Numbered from the stretch's first letter, positions 8,239 to 18,125 are shown. The stretch: 32,000 nucleotides of DNA from Sulfolobus acidocaldarius DSM 639 (GCF_000012285.1 NC_007181.1:360001-392000); one strand, 5' to 3'. The notes: generated by a model from the letters alone, not told the origin. Made by a program: numbers and translations.

Positions 8239-9014
8239 ATGCTAAATATAACCAAAGATAATACAATTGCGATTGAGAACAGTTGGTGTAATCCAACCAC
8301 TATACCAGGCTTCTCAGGATTTCTGTTTATACCCCTGAAAACTAGTAAACCCACTATGCCTTCTATCAGAGCTAGAGCCAATGGAATCCACAACTGCAAT
8401 AAAATTAATGAAAGAAAGAAGATTACTCCTGCTATACTGTGCACAATCCATATCCATTGTAATCTGTTCTTAGGCTTTCTAACGTCACCTATACTGAACC
8501 TCATCTTCCTAGTTCCTGTAACCACACCACCCATGAATATTACAAAATACAAAAAGTGTGGTGGAGTAATTGCGTCTATTATGAAACTAGTAAACCTGCT
8601 AGGATCAAAACCCATTGCTATTAGAAGATATATTACCATTGTCGTATACGCTGCAATGTCATGAAAACCTTGAAATATAGATGGTAATTTTCCTGCTAGT
8701 ACGTAGAGTGTTGCCATTCCAAGTAACGCTGTAAATATAACACTGATAAATCCTGCAATAGAGAGCAGGTTAAAATCAAGAATTAAAATAGTTAAGGAAA
8801 GTAAACCCACTAAAGTTGCAGATATTCTATGCATAGCCTCAGGATCTGCTTTTCTAACAGCAAGATGAACCATGTCTCTAGTATAAGGCCATTTAGTACC
8901 CAATGAAAGACCATAGCCATAACCTTCAACTATACCCCCTAATACTATGGTCAACCCTGCTAGAAATGTGGTAGCTAAAGACAGTTCAATTATCATATGA
9001 GATAATTTTCTCAT
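8235..9014 (-). CDS. 8-TM membrane protein, probable heme A synthase (CtaA/COX15 family)
   Basis: Eight predicted helices with a conserved-looking His in helices 2, 4, 6 and 8 (HRISATL, FHDIAAY, VHSIAGV, LHQLFSI). This is the two-fold repeated His pattern of CtaA. The function is inferred only from that pattern. Confidence 0.5.
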   Translation of the reverse strand: MRKLSHMIIELSLATTFLAGLTIVLGGIVEGYGYGLSLGTKWPYTRDMVHLAVRKADPEAMHRISATLVGLLSLTILILDFNLLSIAGFISVIFTALLGMATLYVLAGKLPSIFQGFHDIAAYTTMVIYLLIAMGFDPSRFTSFIIDAITPPHFLYFVIFMGGVVTGTRKMRFSIGDVRKPKNRLQWIWIVHSIAGVIFFLSLILLQLWIPLALALIEGIVGLLVFRGINRNPEKPGIVVGLHQLFSIAIVLSLVIFSI

Positions 9015-9257
9015 ATGTTTAAAAAATTCATGTCAATGAAAATAGTTCAGAGTTAAGATGTATTTTCACGACCTATAGGAGGCATAATTGAACGACATGA
9101 TGGAAACTCAAGTGCAATTCACATCTAATATGGTGCCATGATACTGTTCAATAGAAGACTTTATACAATTTGTCTGGGATAGAGATAATTCTAGAAATCA
9201 AGATAATTTCTTTTTGGTGTAAAACTTAATCTATCATAGATAAATGTTATATTCCTG

Positions 9258-9596
9258 TTGGTTTATGAACTTATTATGAGCCTAATAGATATAATGTGGA
9301 AGCTAGTTAATTACAGTATACCTCTTGCAAATGATGATTTTGAAACGTATTTAACTAAAGATGGTACCATAACTGAGGAAGGTTTAAATTTGTGGAAAGA
9401 TGCAATAAAAGCTATTAGAGAAGCATATAGCAAAATAGATAAGGGAGATAAGCAGAGTAGTTTTAAATTGTTAAGTCAAGCTTTAGAAAAGCTAAATTCC
9501 ATAAAATCGAACAAACCCTTACCTCCAGACGCTAAAGTGAGATTCGAAGAAGTAAAAAATAATGTTTCAAAAGCAATAGAATTATTGAAGTCCTAA
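9258..9596 (+). CDS. Hypothetical helical protein (112 aa; the true start may be the ATG at 9276)
   Basis: ORF followed by T-rich tracts. I recognise no family. Confidence 0.5.
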   Translation: MVYELIMSLIDIMWKLVNYSIPLANDDFETYLTKDGTITEEGLNLWKDAIKAIREAYSKIDKGDKQSSFKLLSQALEKLNSIKSNKPLPPDAKVRFEEVKNNVSKAIELLKS

Positions 9597-9795
9597 TTTT
9601 ACACACGATTTTTATACTATATTTAAAAATCATTTATTTTAACTACCTTGATGATTAGTATTATATATTTTACCTATAAGCCATTTTTTATACTTTTCAA
9701 GGGGAACTCCCTTTAAGCTTTCATGAAACTAACGGGGGTAAACTAGGAAAACTTTTTAAAACTTTAGGACAGTAAAGCTTAAAGGGAGATGTAGT

Positions 9796-11196
9796 ATGCA
9801 ACTTTCAAAAGGTTCTTTGTCGATAAGAGAATCATATGGACAAGCAATGGCTGTAACTGCACCATTAGGAAGCGTTGTATCCACAACAACTGCAGCAATA
9901 GCTTATGCAGGAAAATCAGTCTTGTTTGCGACACTCCTAGCCTTTTTAGCGAGTTTGCTCTGGATGTTCACTTTGACAAAATATACTAAGAAAATTGCCT
10001 CTCCAGGAGGATACTATACATTCGGATCAGCTGCATGGAGAAGTAAGACCGTAGCCTACTATGAAGCTATAACTGAAGTAATAGCATATTCTTCACTAAA
10101 TGCTGTTAATTCCTTCTCAGTTTACCTATTACTGAAAGTAACTTTTCAAATGTTAAATCTTGAATTGCCAGATTATGTTCTCCCTCTCTCCCTTGTGATA
10201 GGACTAATTTATCCCACGCTCTCTTCAGTAATTCTACACATTAGAAAAGTGTTGGGATACATAGTTAGTATAAGTGCTACATTAGAAGTAATATTCTTAT
10301 ACGTTCTTTTCGGCTATGCAGTAGCCACGAGAGGATTTGATATAACATATTTATCCCCTGTTGGAACGAATTTTAGTAGTTTAGGTACTGCGATGGTTCT
10401 AACAATTGTCAGTATAGCAGGTGCAGGGGCTGCTGCTTACTTAGGAGAGGAAACCAAAAAGCCTACCTCAACTATTACCACTGGAATAAAGATTGCCTAT
10501 GTCGTAGGAGGAGGAGCAATTTTAGCAGGTACTTACGCGTTAGTAGCTCTATGGAATGAACCTATACAGACTCTAAGTAACTCTCCACAACCCTTAATTC
10601 AGGAGCTATATCCAATTAGTTTCATCGTAATGCTAATCAGTCTAATATTATCCATAAATAGTCTACTTGCTTCAAACATAGGAACAACAGTGGGTGCTGC
10701 AAGAATCTTATTTAACCTTGCAAGAGAGAAGGCTATGCCGAAAGTATTTTCTAGATTAAACTCCGAGCGAGAGCCACTTATAGCTACAGTAGTGGTCGGT
10801 TTAATTTCTGCCATATTTGCTATTTCCTCTTTAACTTATACTGGATCAGCTGATGTTGCATTTACAGAGATTAGTTTCATATCAAGCTTATTCTGGTTAG
10901 CTGGAAGGATAGTCGACAATCTAGGTGCACCAGTGTTTTACTGGAGATTAAGAGAGTTAACTCCTAAAATATTAATCGTATTCCTAGGCTCCACTACTAT
11001 TAACTTAGTTGGTATGATTGGGTCTTTACAGGCACCAGACATGTTCCAGGCTGTTTACTTGATTTCCGTGTTGGCTGCAGCTACGCTTTGGTATATTATT
11101 AAAGCCAGAAAAGGTATAGCAGGTAAATATCTTGTAGACGAAAACAATCAACTAATTACAATGGAAGAGTATTTCGCAAAAGTAAGAAGTAGATAG
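9796..11196 (+). CDS. Amino acid/polyamine permease (APC superfamily)
   Basis: 466 aa with about 12 hydrophobic helices. Composition and length are typical of APC transporters. Confidence 0.75.
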   Translation: MQLSKGSLSIRESYGQAMAVTAPLGSVVSTTTAAIAYAGKSVLFATLLAFLASLLWMFTLTKYTKKIASPGGYYTFGSAAWRSKTVAYYEAITEVIAYSSLNAVNSFSVYLLLKVTFQMLNLELPDYVLPLSLVIGLIYPTLSSVILHIRKVLGYIVSISATLEVIFLYVLFGYAVATRGFDITYLSPVGTNFSSLGTAMVLTIVSIAGAGAAAYLGEETKKPTSTITTGIKIAYVVGGGAILAGTYALVALWNEPIQTLSNSPQPLIQELYPISFIVMLISLILSINSLLASNIGTTVGAARILFNLAREKAMPKVFSRLNSEREPLIATVVVGLISAIFAISSLTYTGSADVAFTEISFISSLFWLAGRIVDNLGAPVFYWRLRELTPKILIVFLGSTTINLVGMIGSLQAPDMFQAVYLISVLAAATLWYIIKARKGIAGKYLVDENNQLITMEEYFAKVRSR

Positions 11197-11318
11197 TTCT
11201 AGTCCTAACTACTTATTTTAACTTTAGTAATATTTTAGTTTAGTCTAAATGAATAATACAGCATTCTCCTTTTTCGGTCATATAAATTAATATTCTACGA
11301 TTCGCCGATTATTATTCA

Positions 11319-11498
11319 ATGAACTCTAAACAGAGGATTGTTTTTGCAGTGGGTATCATATTAATGGCTATTTTGTTTGATTATTTAGGTTCATCATTTC
11401 AGAATATATGGATACTTGTACTTTCAATGGCTTTAGCTATTACTGGAGTGTTGATTGGGATAAGAAGTATAATTGAATATTTAGGTGAAAGAATGTAA
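11319..11498 (+). CDS. Possible small membrane protein (59 aa, two TM helices); not in the supplied ORF track
   Basis: I translated ATG 11319 to TAA 11496-11498 as MNSKQRIVFAVGIILMAILFDYLGSSFQNIWILVLSMALAITGVLIGIRSIIEYLGERM. A TATAAATT box at 11281-11288 lies about 35 nt upstream. Confidence 0.35.
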   Translation: MNSKQRIVFAVGIILMAILFDYLGSSFQNIWILVLSMALAITGVLIGIRSIIEYLGERM

Positions 11499-11658
11499 TA
11501 TAAATATATCTACAAAATTCTACAAATATTTTACCATTATATATCTAGGAAAACTCATAAATCGTTTAAGCATGTATTAGTTAGTGCAGTTCATTAAATT
11601 ACTATTTACTACGATTAACTAAATTATAATAAGTAAAGAATGAGCTCAGAGACTTAAC

Positions 11659-11668
11659 AATTATATAC
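11659..11668 (+). promoter_or_regulatory. TATA-like box (AATTATATAC) for the C/D box sRNA at 11688
   Basis: It is centred about 25-28 nt upstream of the sRNA 5' flank, the expected archaeal spacing. Confidence 0.4.
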
Positions 11669-11687
11669 TTATAATTTACACTAGATA

Positions 11688-11742
11688 TTAATGATGAGCT
11701 CGGACGTACCGATGTGTGAGGAAGGTCTTGAGTACTGATAAA
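11688..11742 (+). ncRNA. C/D box sRNA (2'-O-methylation guide)
   Basis: C box AUGAUGA 11691-11697; 11-nt spacer GCUCGGACGUA; degenerate D' CCGA 11709-11712; 3-nt loop; C' GUGAGGA 11716-11722; 12-nt guide AGGUCUUGAGUA 11723-11734; D box CUGA 11735-11738. There is a short A/U terminal stem. It is a GC-rich island within AT-rich noncoding DNA and has its own TATA box. Confidence 0.65.
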
Positions 11743-12077
11743 ATCTATAACTCTAACTTCTAAAATGAGTTTTTAGAGATTTTTAATTAAAAATTAAAGT
11801 TGAACATAAAATATTAATTTTTGATGTAACCATGAATATGTATTCATATAAACTATCTTCAACATATGCTGTTTTAAAAGAATAAATAGAATCTTTAAGT
11901 ATACTCATACTAATTTATAGCGAAAGTAATAATACTCAGCTTATGTACAGACGCGTAAATAAAGGAGAAGGATTAACGAGAAAGACAGCTTTTAACTAGG
12001 AGCTGATTAACGTTGTAAATGATTAGCCTTTAAAATGTCTCCATATAATCTTACGTTACGTAGGAAAAAGCCTCTCA

Positions 12078-12728
12078 TTAGTACCAAAATCCACATAAAC
12101 CCCTCAGTCGTGTAAAATATACGTCCATTACCTTAGTTATCACAGGAGAGCCAGTCTCTCCCTTATATATCCTGTATAACCCTTGTCTTTTTTCATTATC
12201 AGAAATTGGCACAATCATAATTCCTTTTTCTTTCATCTGTTGATATAGAGCATATGGAAAAGTAGGCGAAGATGCCCAAACAATGATCTTGTCATATGGA
12301 GATCCTGAAATGTAACCAAGGCTTCCATCCCCAAAAATCAAATGAATACCATGGTACTCCTTAAGATTATTCTTTGCTAAATTGTACGCCTCCTCATCAA
12401 ACTCAATTGTATATACATTTTCTGCCCCAACAATTTCAGCCATTAATGCAGTATAATACCCACTCCCTGTACCAATCTCTAAGACCTTATCACTCTTCTT
12501 TAATTCTAAAAGATCCACCATTTTCACTCCTAATCCCAATGCAGTAGTATTGTAATTTTTAGTAATTTGGATAGGTTGATCTATATGCTTGAGAGAATAA
12601 GCTATATCTGAATACTTAGCAGGAAGAAACTTCCTCCTGTCAAGTTTCATGAAAGCCTCCAGTACATCTGAATTTACAACTATAGTTGAGAGGTATTTTA
12701 GAATAGCTTCTTTTTCACTCGTACTCAT
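12078..12728 (-). CDS. pcm: Protein-L-isoaspartate O-methyltransferase
   Basis: SAM-binding motif [17 protein letters not shown] plus the PIMT post-I/II motifs. 216 aa. Its ATG overlaps the upstream stop (ATGA). Confidence 0.85.
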   Translation of the reverse strand: MSTSEKEAILKYLSTIVVNSDVLEAFMKLDRRKFLPAKYSDIAYSLKHIDQPIQITKNYNTTALGLGVKMVDLLELKKSDKVLEIGTGSGYYTALMAEIVGAENVYTIEFDEEAYNLAKNNLKEYHGIHLIFGDGSLGYISGSPYDKIIVWASSPTFPYALYQQMKEKGIMIVPISDNEKRQGLYRIYKGETGSPVITKVMDVYFTRLRGLCGFWY

Positions 12729-14482
12729 GTATACCTCTTCAAGTTTTCTTTTAATTCTTGTACATTGTTCTCAGCTTTAAACATTACTGGAATATCTTCC
12801 TTTAGTGCAGCCTTAAAACTAATCAATAGCCATTGACCTATATCGAAATTTAACGTCCTGTCTACCAGAGAATCTGATATACCAAATGTATCTGATATCA
12901 GTTGCCTATCATAGGGTCTTGGCAAGGTACTCACGAAGTAGGTGTGGATCTGTTGCAGTACGTTTGTATTAAGGTAAGCTAATCTCTGCGTGCTTATCAA
13001 AGCGTGAAGATGATACTTTCTACCGTGTCTAAGTAATTTTTCAACAGAGGAAGAGGACTGCTCTGTGTAGTCTTTTTGTCTAGTCTCAAACGGTATAAAT
13101 TCCTGAGCTTCGTCTAATACAAAAAGAATTACCGGTAAGGAAGAGTAGGCTCTCTTCCTCCTCATATATATATTTTCAATCAGCAAATGGGTAACTAATC
13201 TAGCATCGTCTATATTAGGTGTCTCTACCACAAATAGTCTTGGTGAAGAGGGGTCTTGATCCAATATTTCAATAGCTAAGCTCTCTACATCGTATTCTTC
13301 CACCTCTGATGGTTTAACCTGAATATATGTCTTTATGGAAGATAAGAAGGTGAATATCACTGAGCCGTCTCTGACTCCTGCTTCTCTTGCTTTCTCTTCA
13401 GCTTCTCTGAGCAGTGGGTTAATTGTATCGTCTACAATATCGTCTTTAGTTAATTTACGTTCTCTCATGAGGTTATCGAGAGATTGAAGGAGAGCCATAA
13501 AGAGAGGCTTCTGGGATGTGGAAACATATTTATCTTCTATCTGTGAACGTATCATTTCAATTAATGTGCCATAACTAAGATAACTTATCCCCTGCGGGGG
13601 AATGTATAGCCTTCTTAGTTTTTGTTCAGTATACAATTTGATAAAGCCCTTCCTTATAGATTCACGAACGTCCTCTAATTCTTCAGGTAAAACATGTGTC
13701 CTCAACAGCCTTTTTCCAGCATCTAGTTCATTAGATGGTAACCTATCTAGGGTGACTAGTCTTGAGTTTAAGGAGAGTAATTCATCTAAAAGAAGAATAG
13801 AATATTCCATTGAAACGTCTATTATTACGACTTTAAGGTCCTTGTATTTGTTTAAAGCCCTCCTAACTATTAATGAGGTTAAATTCGACTTACCTGATCC
13901 TGTGTATGCAAAAACTCCTATGTGGTAATTTATAGCCTTTAGTAAGTTTACCTTAAGATCTATCTCCTCGTTGACTGACTTACCTAGTATTGTCCCTTCA
14001 GGATAGAAAATGAACTTCTCTAGAGCTTCTGATGTGAAAAGTTTCACTTTTGAAGCAGGCAAGGGGGGTACATAGCCCTTTTTAAACTCTATCTTTCCGT
14101 CCTCTTCTTTCATTATGTAACCGACAGGTGTTGCTATAACGTCAATCCAAGCTTGATTTGTATTCCACGTTTCCTCTATCCTTCTCATTATTTCGTTTCT
14201 TAACTCTGGGGGAATGGTACCATCTAGGTTTATCATTCCAAAATGTTGAGGAATATAGTCAGTTATTTCTAAAATTAAATAGACACCCTTCCTTATGGTC
14301 TCTACGAGCAAAAGTTTTCCTACATCAATCTGTGTATCTGATGAGAAGGGAATCTCCACCATAAACGTTTTGAACGTTATAGTGCCTCTTCCATCCGCTG
14401 TTGGTCTTGTGATAGTTTTTATTTCCCTTAGCCTTCCATTAAGTTCTTTAAACAACATAATTATCCCTTTTTCCTTTTCCAC
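12725..14482 (-). CDS. HerA-like (FtsK-HerA superfamily, DUF87) ATPase
   Basis: N-terminal HAS-barrel-like segment, Walker [13 protein letters not shown], Walker [12 protein letters not shown] and an STQR sensor motif. 585 aa. Confidence 0.8.
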   Translation of the reverse strand: MEKEKGIIMLFKELNGRLREIKTITRPTADGRGTITFKTFMVEIPFSSDTQIDVGKLLLVETIRKGVYLILEITDYIPQHFGMINLDGTIPPELRNEIMRRIEETWNTNQAWIDVIATPVGYIMKEEDGKIEFKKGYVPPLPASKVKLFTSEALEKFIFYPEGTILGKSVNEEIDLKVNLLKAINYHIGVFAYTGSGKSNLTSLIVRRALNKYKDLKVVIIDVSMEYSILLLDELLSLNSRLVTLDRLPSNELDAGKRLLRTHVLPEELEDVRESIRKGFIKLYTEQKLRRLYIPPQGISYLSYGTLIEMIRSQIEDKYVSTSQKPLFMALLQSLDNLMRERKLTKDDIVDDTINPLLREAEEKAREAGVRDGSVIFTFLSSIKTYIQVKPSEVEEYDVESLAIEILDQDPSSPRLFVVETPNIDDARLVTHLLIENIYMRRKRAYSSLPVILFVLDEAQEFIPFETRQKDYTEQSSSSVEKLLRHGRKYHLHALISTQRLAYLNTNVLQQIHTYFVSTLPRPYDRQLISDTFGISDSLVDRTLNFDIGQWLLISFKAALKEDIPVMFKAENNVQELKENLKRYT

Positions 14483-15159
14483 TCAATAAAACTTCTGAAT
14501 TCCCTGTAATTATTATAATTGTGAGCGATAACATCTAGTGCCTTACTACCCTTATCCCTGTAATATTTAGCAACTTTATCTACCAAGAATAATAGATAAT
14601 TGTATCCTAAAGCCTCTGGAATGGGCTCTTTGCCCAAAACATACAATAATGACAAAATATTTTCCCAGCTCCAATCTACTGTAACTTCCACAAGGAAGAC
14701 CCAAGAAAAGCTAAATAGTTTAAAATATCCTCCTCTGATACCATCTCGTTCATAAGAGGACACGAGCCAAGGTGTTTCATGATTAATGTTAGGCACATTA
14801 GCGGGATCCTTTGCAATGCTTATGATATTTTTACCTGTAAATTTATCGAATGTTAGCTTCCTGTCTAGAAATATGAGATCAACGTCTAATTTCTGAGCCT
14901 CCTCATATTCCATTTTCCTCATAACATCTTCAGGATTACAGTCTTCGCATATGTTATCCTTGTACGAAATCTCTTTCACATTATATTCATTACCGCAAAT
15001 TTCACCTTTCACTATACCCACTACAATGTAAGAAAGGTTTGCGACTGTATGGAAGCTACCGTCTATAGCCTTATAAGTTCCACACCAATTATTTTTTCCA
15101 AAAGTAGTATAAAGTACTGTGGCTGAATCACCATTATCAATCATCGCAGACGATCTCAT
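14461..15159 (-). CDS. Miniature NurA-like nuclease candidate (232 aa)
   Basis: Three motifs resemble the NurA catalytic motifs: KAIDGS (motif I), LIFLDRKL (DG-type motif) and a C-terminal [16 protein letters not shown] (compare GYPYxLxxAHxxA). It overlaps the HerA-like gene by 22 nt. It is much shorter than canonical NurA, and the assignment is by eye only. Confidence 0.5.
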   Translation of the reverse strand: MRSSAMIDNGDSATVLYTTFGKNNWCGTYKAIDGSFHTVANLSYIVVGIVKGEICGNEYNVKEISYKDNICEDCNPEDVMRKMEYEEAQKLDVDLIFLDRKLTFDKFTGKNIISIAKDPANVPNINHETPWLVSSYERDGIRGGYFKLFSFSWVFLVEVTVDWSWENILSLLYVLGKEPIPEALGYNYLLFLVDKVAKYYRDKGSKALDVIAHNYNNYREFRSFIEWKRKKG

Positions 15160-16042
15160 TCCTGTAATTAGAGTATTCGTAGCTAAAAAACTTAGAGAGA
15201 GGGGTATGACGCAGTCCAGGATAGCTACACTATTAGGTGTTAGCCAGCCAGCAATAAAGCAATACCTTGATGAGGACGAACAAGAGGAAGTTAATAAGAT
15301 AAGGAAGATGGGATTAAATGAAGAGGAAATTTACGACGTCGTTAACAATGTAGTTGAACTTCTATTGAGGAATAACACTAAGTCTGCTATGTATTACATA
15401 ACAGACTTTGGTTTAAGAGTATTAAATGAATTAAAACTGTGTAAATACCATAGAGAAATAAATAATCTAATACCGCAAGACTGTGACATATGCAAATTAT
15501 TCTATCATAGTTCAGATGAAGAAATCATGGATATCGCAATTTCATTGATTCAAAATCCAATAGTAGCTCCACTTATACCTCAGGTTCTAAGCAATATTGC
15601 CTATGCAGAACAGAATGCTAAAAATGAAGACGATGTAATTGCAATTCCTGGTAGAATCACAAGAGTTCTGGGAGTACCTACACCTGCCTCAAAACCAATG
15701 AGGGGAGCTAGTAAGCATTTGTCTAGAATTCTCCTGGGTATAATAAAAAAAAGAGGAGATATAAGGGCTGTAATGAACATAAAATACGATGAGACCTTAA
15801 AAACTGTTTTCAGTCAACTAAAGCTTAAAGTAGTTTACGTTGGACCTCATGATTACGCTACAAATGAAGATATAGCAAAGGAAATTGTAGACGCATTTAC
15901 TGATGATGCTGACTGTGTAGTTCATTTAGGAGGAAAAAATATTGAGGCTAATACTTATGTCTTTGGACGAGATCCTATCGATGTAACAAAAAAAGTTCTT
16001 AATATCGCAAGGAAGTACAGGGAATTAACTGAAAATGAATAA
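15119..16042 (+). CDS. HTH + ThiN-domain protein (ThiR-like thiamine regulator candidate)
   Basis: N-terminal XRE-like HTH (MTQSRIATLLGVSQPAIKQYL) and a C-terminal region with IPQVLSNIAYA...IPGRITR, resembling the ThiN thiamine-phosphate synthase domain. The GTG start is uncertain. Confidence 0.55.
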   Translation: MAESPLSIIADDLIPVIRVFVAKKLRERGMTQSRIATLLGVSQPAIKQYLDEDEQEEVNKIRKMGLNEEEIYDVVNNVVELLLRNNTKSAMYYITDFGLRVLNELKLCKYHREINNLIPQDCDICKLFYHSSDEEIMDIAISLIQNPIVAPLIPQVLSNIAYAEQNAKNEDDVIAIPGRITRVLGVPTPASKPMRGASKHLSRILLGIIKKRGDIRAVMNIKYDETLKTVFSQLKLKVVYVGPHDYATNEDIAKEIVDAFTDDADCVVHLGGKNIEANTYVFGRDPIDVTKKVLNIARKYRELTENE

Positions 16043-16107
16043 TGTTGGAGTAATACCACGTCTTATGTACGTACTGCTTAATTATTACTCAAAAGGAAAG
16101 AGTGAAT

Positions 16108-16275
16108 ATGTCACAACTTAAAGATGCTGTTAAAATGTTGGAGGAAATTGAAAGAATAATAAAGAACTCGGATATAAAAGAAGGGGACGATGGTAAAGTT
16201 TTAGAAGAGATTCTCCTGCGAAATATGAATATAGAGGCTGAAATTTACGCAAGATATTTTAAAAAGCAAGAGTGA
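16108..16275 (+). CDS. Possible small helical protein (55 aa); not in the supplied ORF track
   Basis: I translated it as [55 protein letters not shown]. Its TGA overlaps the GTG start of the next ORF (GTGA), suggesting translational coupling. Confidence 0.4.
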   Translation: MSQLKDAVKMLEEIERIIKNSDIKEGDDGKVLEEILLRNMNIEAEIYARYFKKQE

Positions 16276-16916
16276 AGTTTGATTTTGTGTTTGATGTTTA
16301 TGTAAATCAATTAAGAGGAGACTTCAAAATATTAAGTAATCACAACGTGGTCATAGGTCTTAATAGGAATGTAATTTCTGAATTAGATAAGGTAGGACTT
16401 CCATATAAAATATTCGTAGACAATCTCTCAGATTTCATACTTAACAAAGATCATATAAGGACTTTTTACCTTGTCGGTAAGAAGCAAGGAGAAAACAGGG
16501 GAACTGCGTTTAACTTAACCGTTCATACTAATATTGACGAGGAAGATAACATTTTCTTTCTCGTTATAAATCAGGATGGGAATGTTCAAGTTAACTTTGC
16601 TAAAAATAATTATATAAATGAGAGCATATATAGAGCTACAGAAAAACTATTAAATACCGACAGATTAGAGTTCTCATTGCCTTATTTATATAGATTTGTA
16701 ATATTTGAAGCTTTCAATTCATTCAAAAAACTTACAAACACAGTTTTTGAAGGGATAGTAGATGATAAATTAATAGTTATAGATGACAGGAATAGAGGGC
16801 TAATATGGGAGGTCGATAATCTAACTTTCATGTATTACTCTGAGATATCAAACCCTATTTCCTCGAAAAGTTTAGGATTATTAAGGAATAAATATTTTAA
16901 ACATAGAATTAACTAA
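16272..16916 (+). CDS. Hypothetical protein (214 aa), no recognisable family
   Basis: Long ORF at the head of a tightly spaced co-directional array. N/K/I/F-rich, with no motif I can assign. Confidence 0.6.
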
Positions 16917-16930
16917 CTTTAGGATATACT

Positions 16931-17545
16931 TTGAGTAACTTACTAAATGAACTTGAATGGAGATTTAGGAATCTGAATGAAGGCTTAGCGTTTCTTTTGG
17001 CAATACTGTCCATAGCCATAGCGTATATAAGACCATATTCGTTGACCTATGATCCCTTAGTCTATTTAGTATTTCCGATCGTAACCGCAACAATAGCCAT
17101 AGTTCCGCATGAAATAGCACATAGACAAATTGCTAGGAGGTATGGTTCATATTCGAGATTTGCCCTGAGTTTCACAGGATTTCTAATAACGTTATTAGTT
17201 AATTTGATAAGTGCCTTTGGAATATCTCCATTTGTAATATTTGCGTCAGGCTATACACTAATTTTGGGTAGATTCGGTGTACCTACCCAAGAGGTTGAAG
17301 GAAAAATATCTTTTGGAGGACCGGCTGTTAACCTTGCAGTAAGTATAGTTTCATTCATTATTGCTGGCTTTACATCAAATCCTCTTGTATACATTTTCTT
17401 TGCAGAGCTTTATAGTTTTAATGCATGGGTAGCATTCTTTAACCTGTTACCTATTCCTCCCCTAGATGGATTTAAGGTATTCAGATGGAATAAAACACTG
17501 TGGATAATAGGTCTCATAGTATCTTTAGCTCTTGTAATATTATGA
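16931..17545 (+). CDS. M50 family site-2-protease-like intramembrane metalloprotease
   Basis: HEIAH (HExxH) within a TM helix and a C-terminal NLLPIPPLDG motif. Multiple TM helices and no PDZ domain. Confidence 0.8.
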   Translation: MSNLLNELEWRFRNLNEGLAFLLAILSIAIAYIRPYSLTYDPLVYLVFPIVTATIAIVPHEIAHRQIARRYGSYSRFALSFTGFLITLLVNLISAFGISPFVIFASGYTLILGRFGVPTQEVEGKISFGGPAVNLAVSIVSFIIAGFTSNPLVYIFFAELYSFNAWVAFFNLLPIPPLDGFKVFRWNKTLWIIGLIVSLALVIL

Positions 17546-17558
17546 GATGTGAAACTGA

Positions 17559-18125
17559 ATGTCTAATCCAATAAGAAATGCTACCTTTTTTATAATGGTA
17601 TTGGTTACTATAGGATTTATAGTGGGTTTAATACTTGAATTTGTAAATCCGTTCCTATTATTTTTATTAATTCAATATAATAGACTAGTGATAGATTATC
17701 ACTTTTATTGGCAATTACTGACCTCTATATTTGTTACTCCTTCAATATTGGATTGGTTATTTAACACCGCAGCTCTGTATTTCATCTATTGGTTATATAA
17801 AAGTAGGTCAGCAAAACTAGAAATACCTATCTTTTTAGTCTCAGGAATTATTGGCAATCTAGTATACTTATTATTGGATCCCAATGGACCTCCTTCAGCA
17901 GGTGCCTCAGGGGGTATATTTGGCTTGCTTTCTTTCTATGCATTGAACGATTATTTAGAGAAGAGAGAAAAGAATGGGCTTCTACTTCTTCTCCTCATAT
18001 TTCTGCTTAGTAATTTGTTTCCTTTTCTTAACGTGAATGTCTATGCACACACAGGTGGGGTAATAGCGGGGTTATTACTGTCTCTAATTCTTTATAAAAC
18101 TTTCAGAAGAGACTATTATATGTGA
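17559..18125 (+). CDS. Rhomboid family intramembrane serine protease
   Basis: Catalytic GASGGIFG (GxSG) in one TM helix and AHTGGVIAG (His) in a later helix. About six TM helices. Confidence 0.8.
   Translation: MSNPIRNATFFIMVLVTIGFIVGLILEFVNPFLLFLLIQYNRLVIDYHFYWQLLTSIFVTPSILDWLFNTAALYFIYWLYKSRSAKLEIPIFLVSGIIGNLVYLLLDPNGPPSAGASGGIFGLLSFYALNDYLEKREKNGLLLLLLIFLLSNLFPFLNVNVYAHTGGVIAGLLLSLILYKTFRRDYYM

Noticed and set aside
9097-9160. Possible C/D box sRNA in the 243-nt spacer upstream of the 112-aa gene (ATGATGG ... CATGATAC).
   Set aside because: The C-like box ends in G. No CUGA D or D' box lies at 10-13 nt spacing on either strand, and no terminal stem is possible.
9700-9745. Short hairpin AAGGG-GAACU-CCCUU upstream of the permease gene as a riboswitch or attenuator.
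   Set aside because: It is only a 5-bp stem. No conserved riboswitch core is recognisable, and riboswitches are rare in Crenarchaeota.
11781-11794. Perfect 14-nt palindrome TTTTTAATTAAAAA.
   Set aside because: It consists purely of A/T in an AT-rich spacer, so it is plausibly chance. It is mentioned only as part of the long-gap finding, not as an independent feature.
16108-16916. The 55-aa plus 214-aa overlapping pair as a toxin-antitoxin module.
   Set aside because: Only the small-then-large layout and the 4-nt overlap fit. Neither protein shows a known toxin or antitoxin motif (no PIN, RelE, HEPN, MNT, or RHH/AbrB signature visible). The pair is also embedded in a longer operon, so it is kept as unknown.
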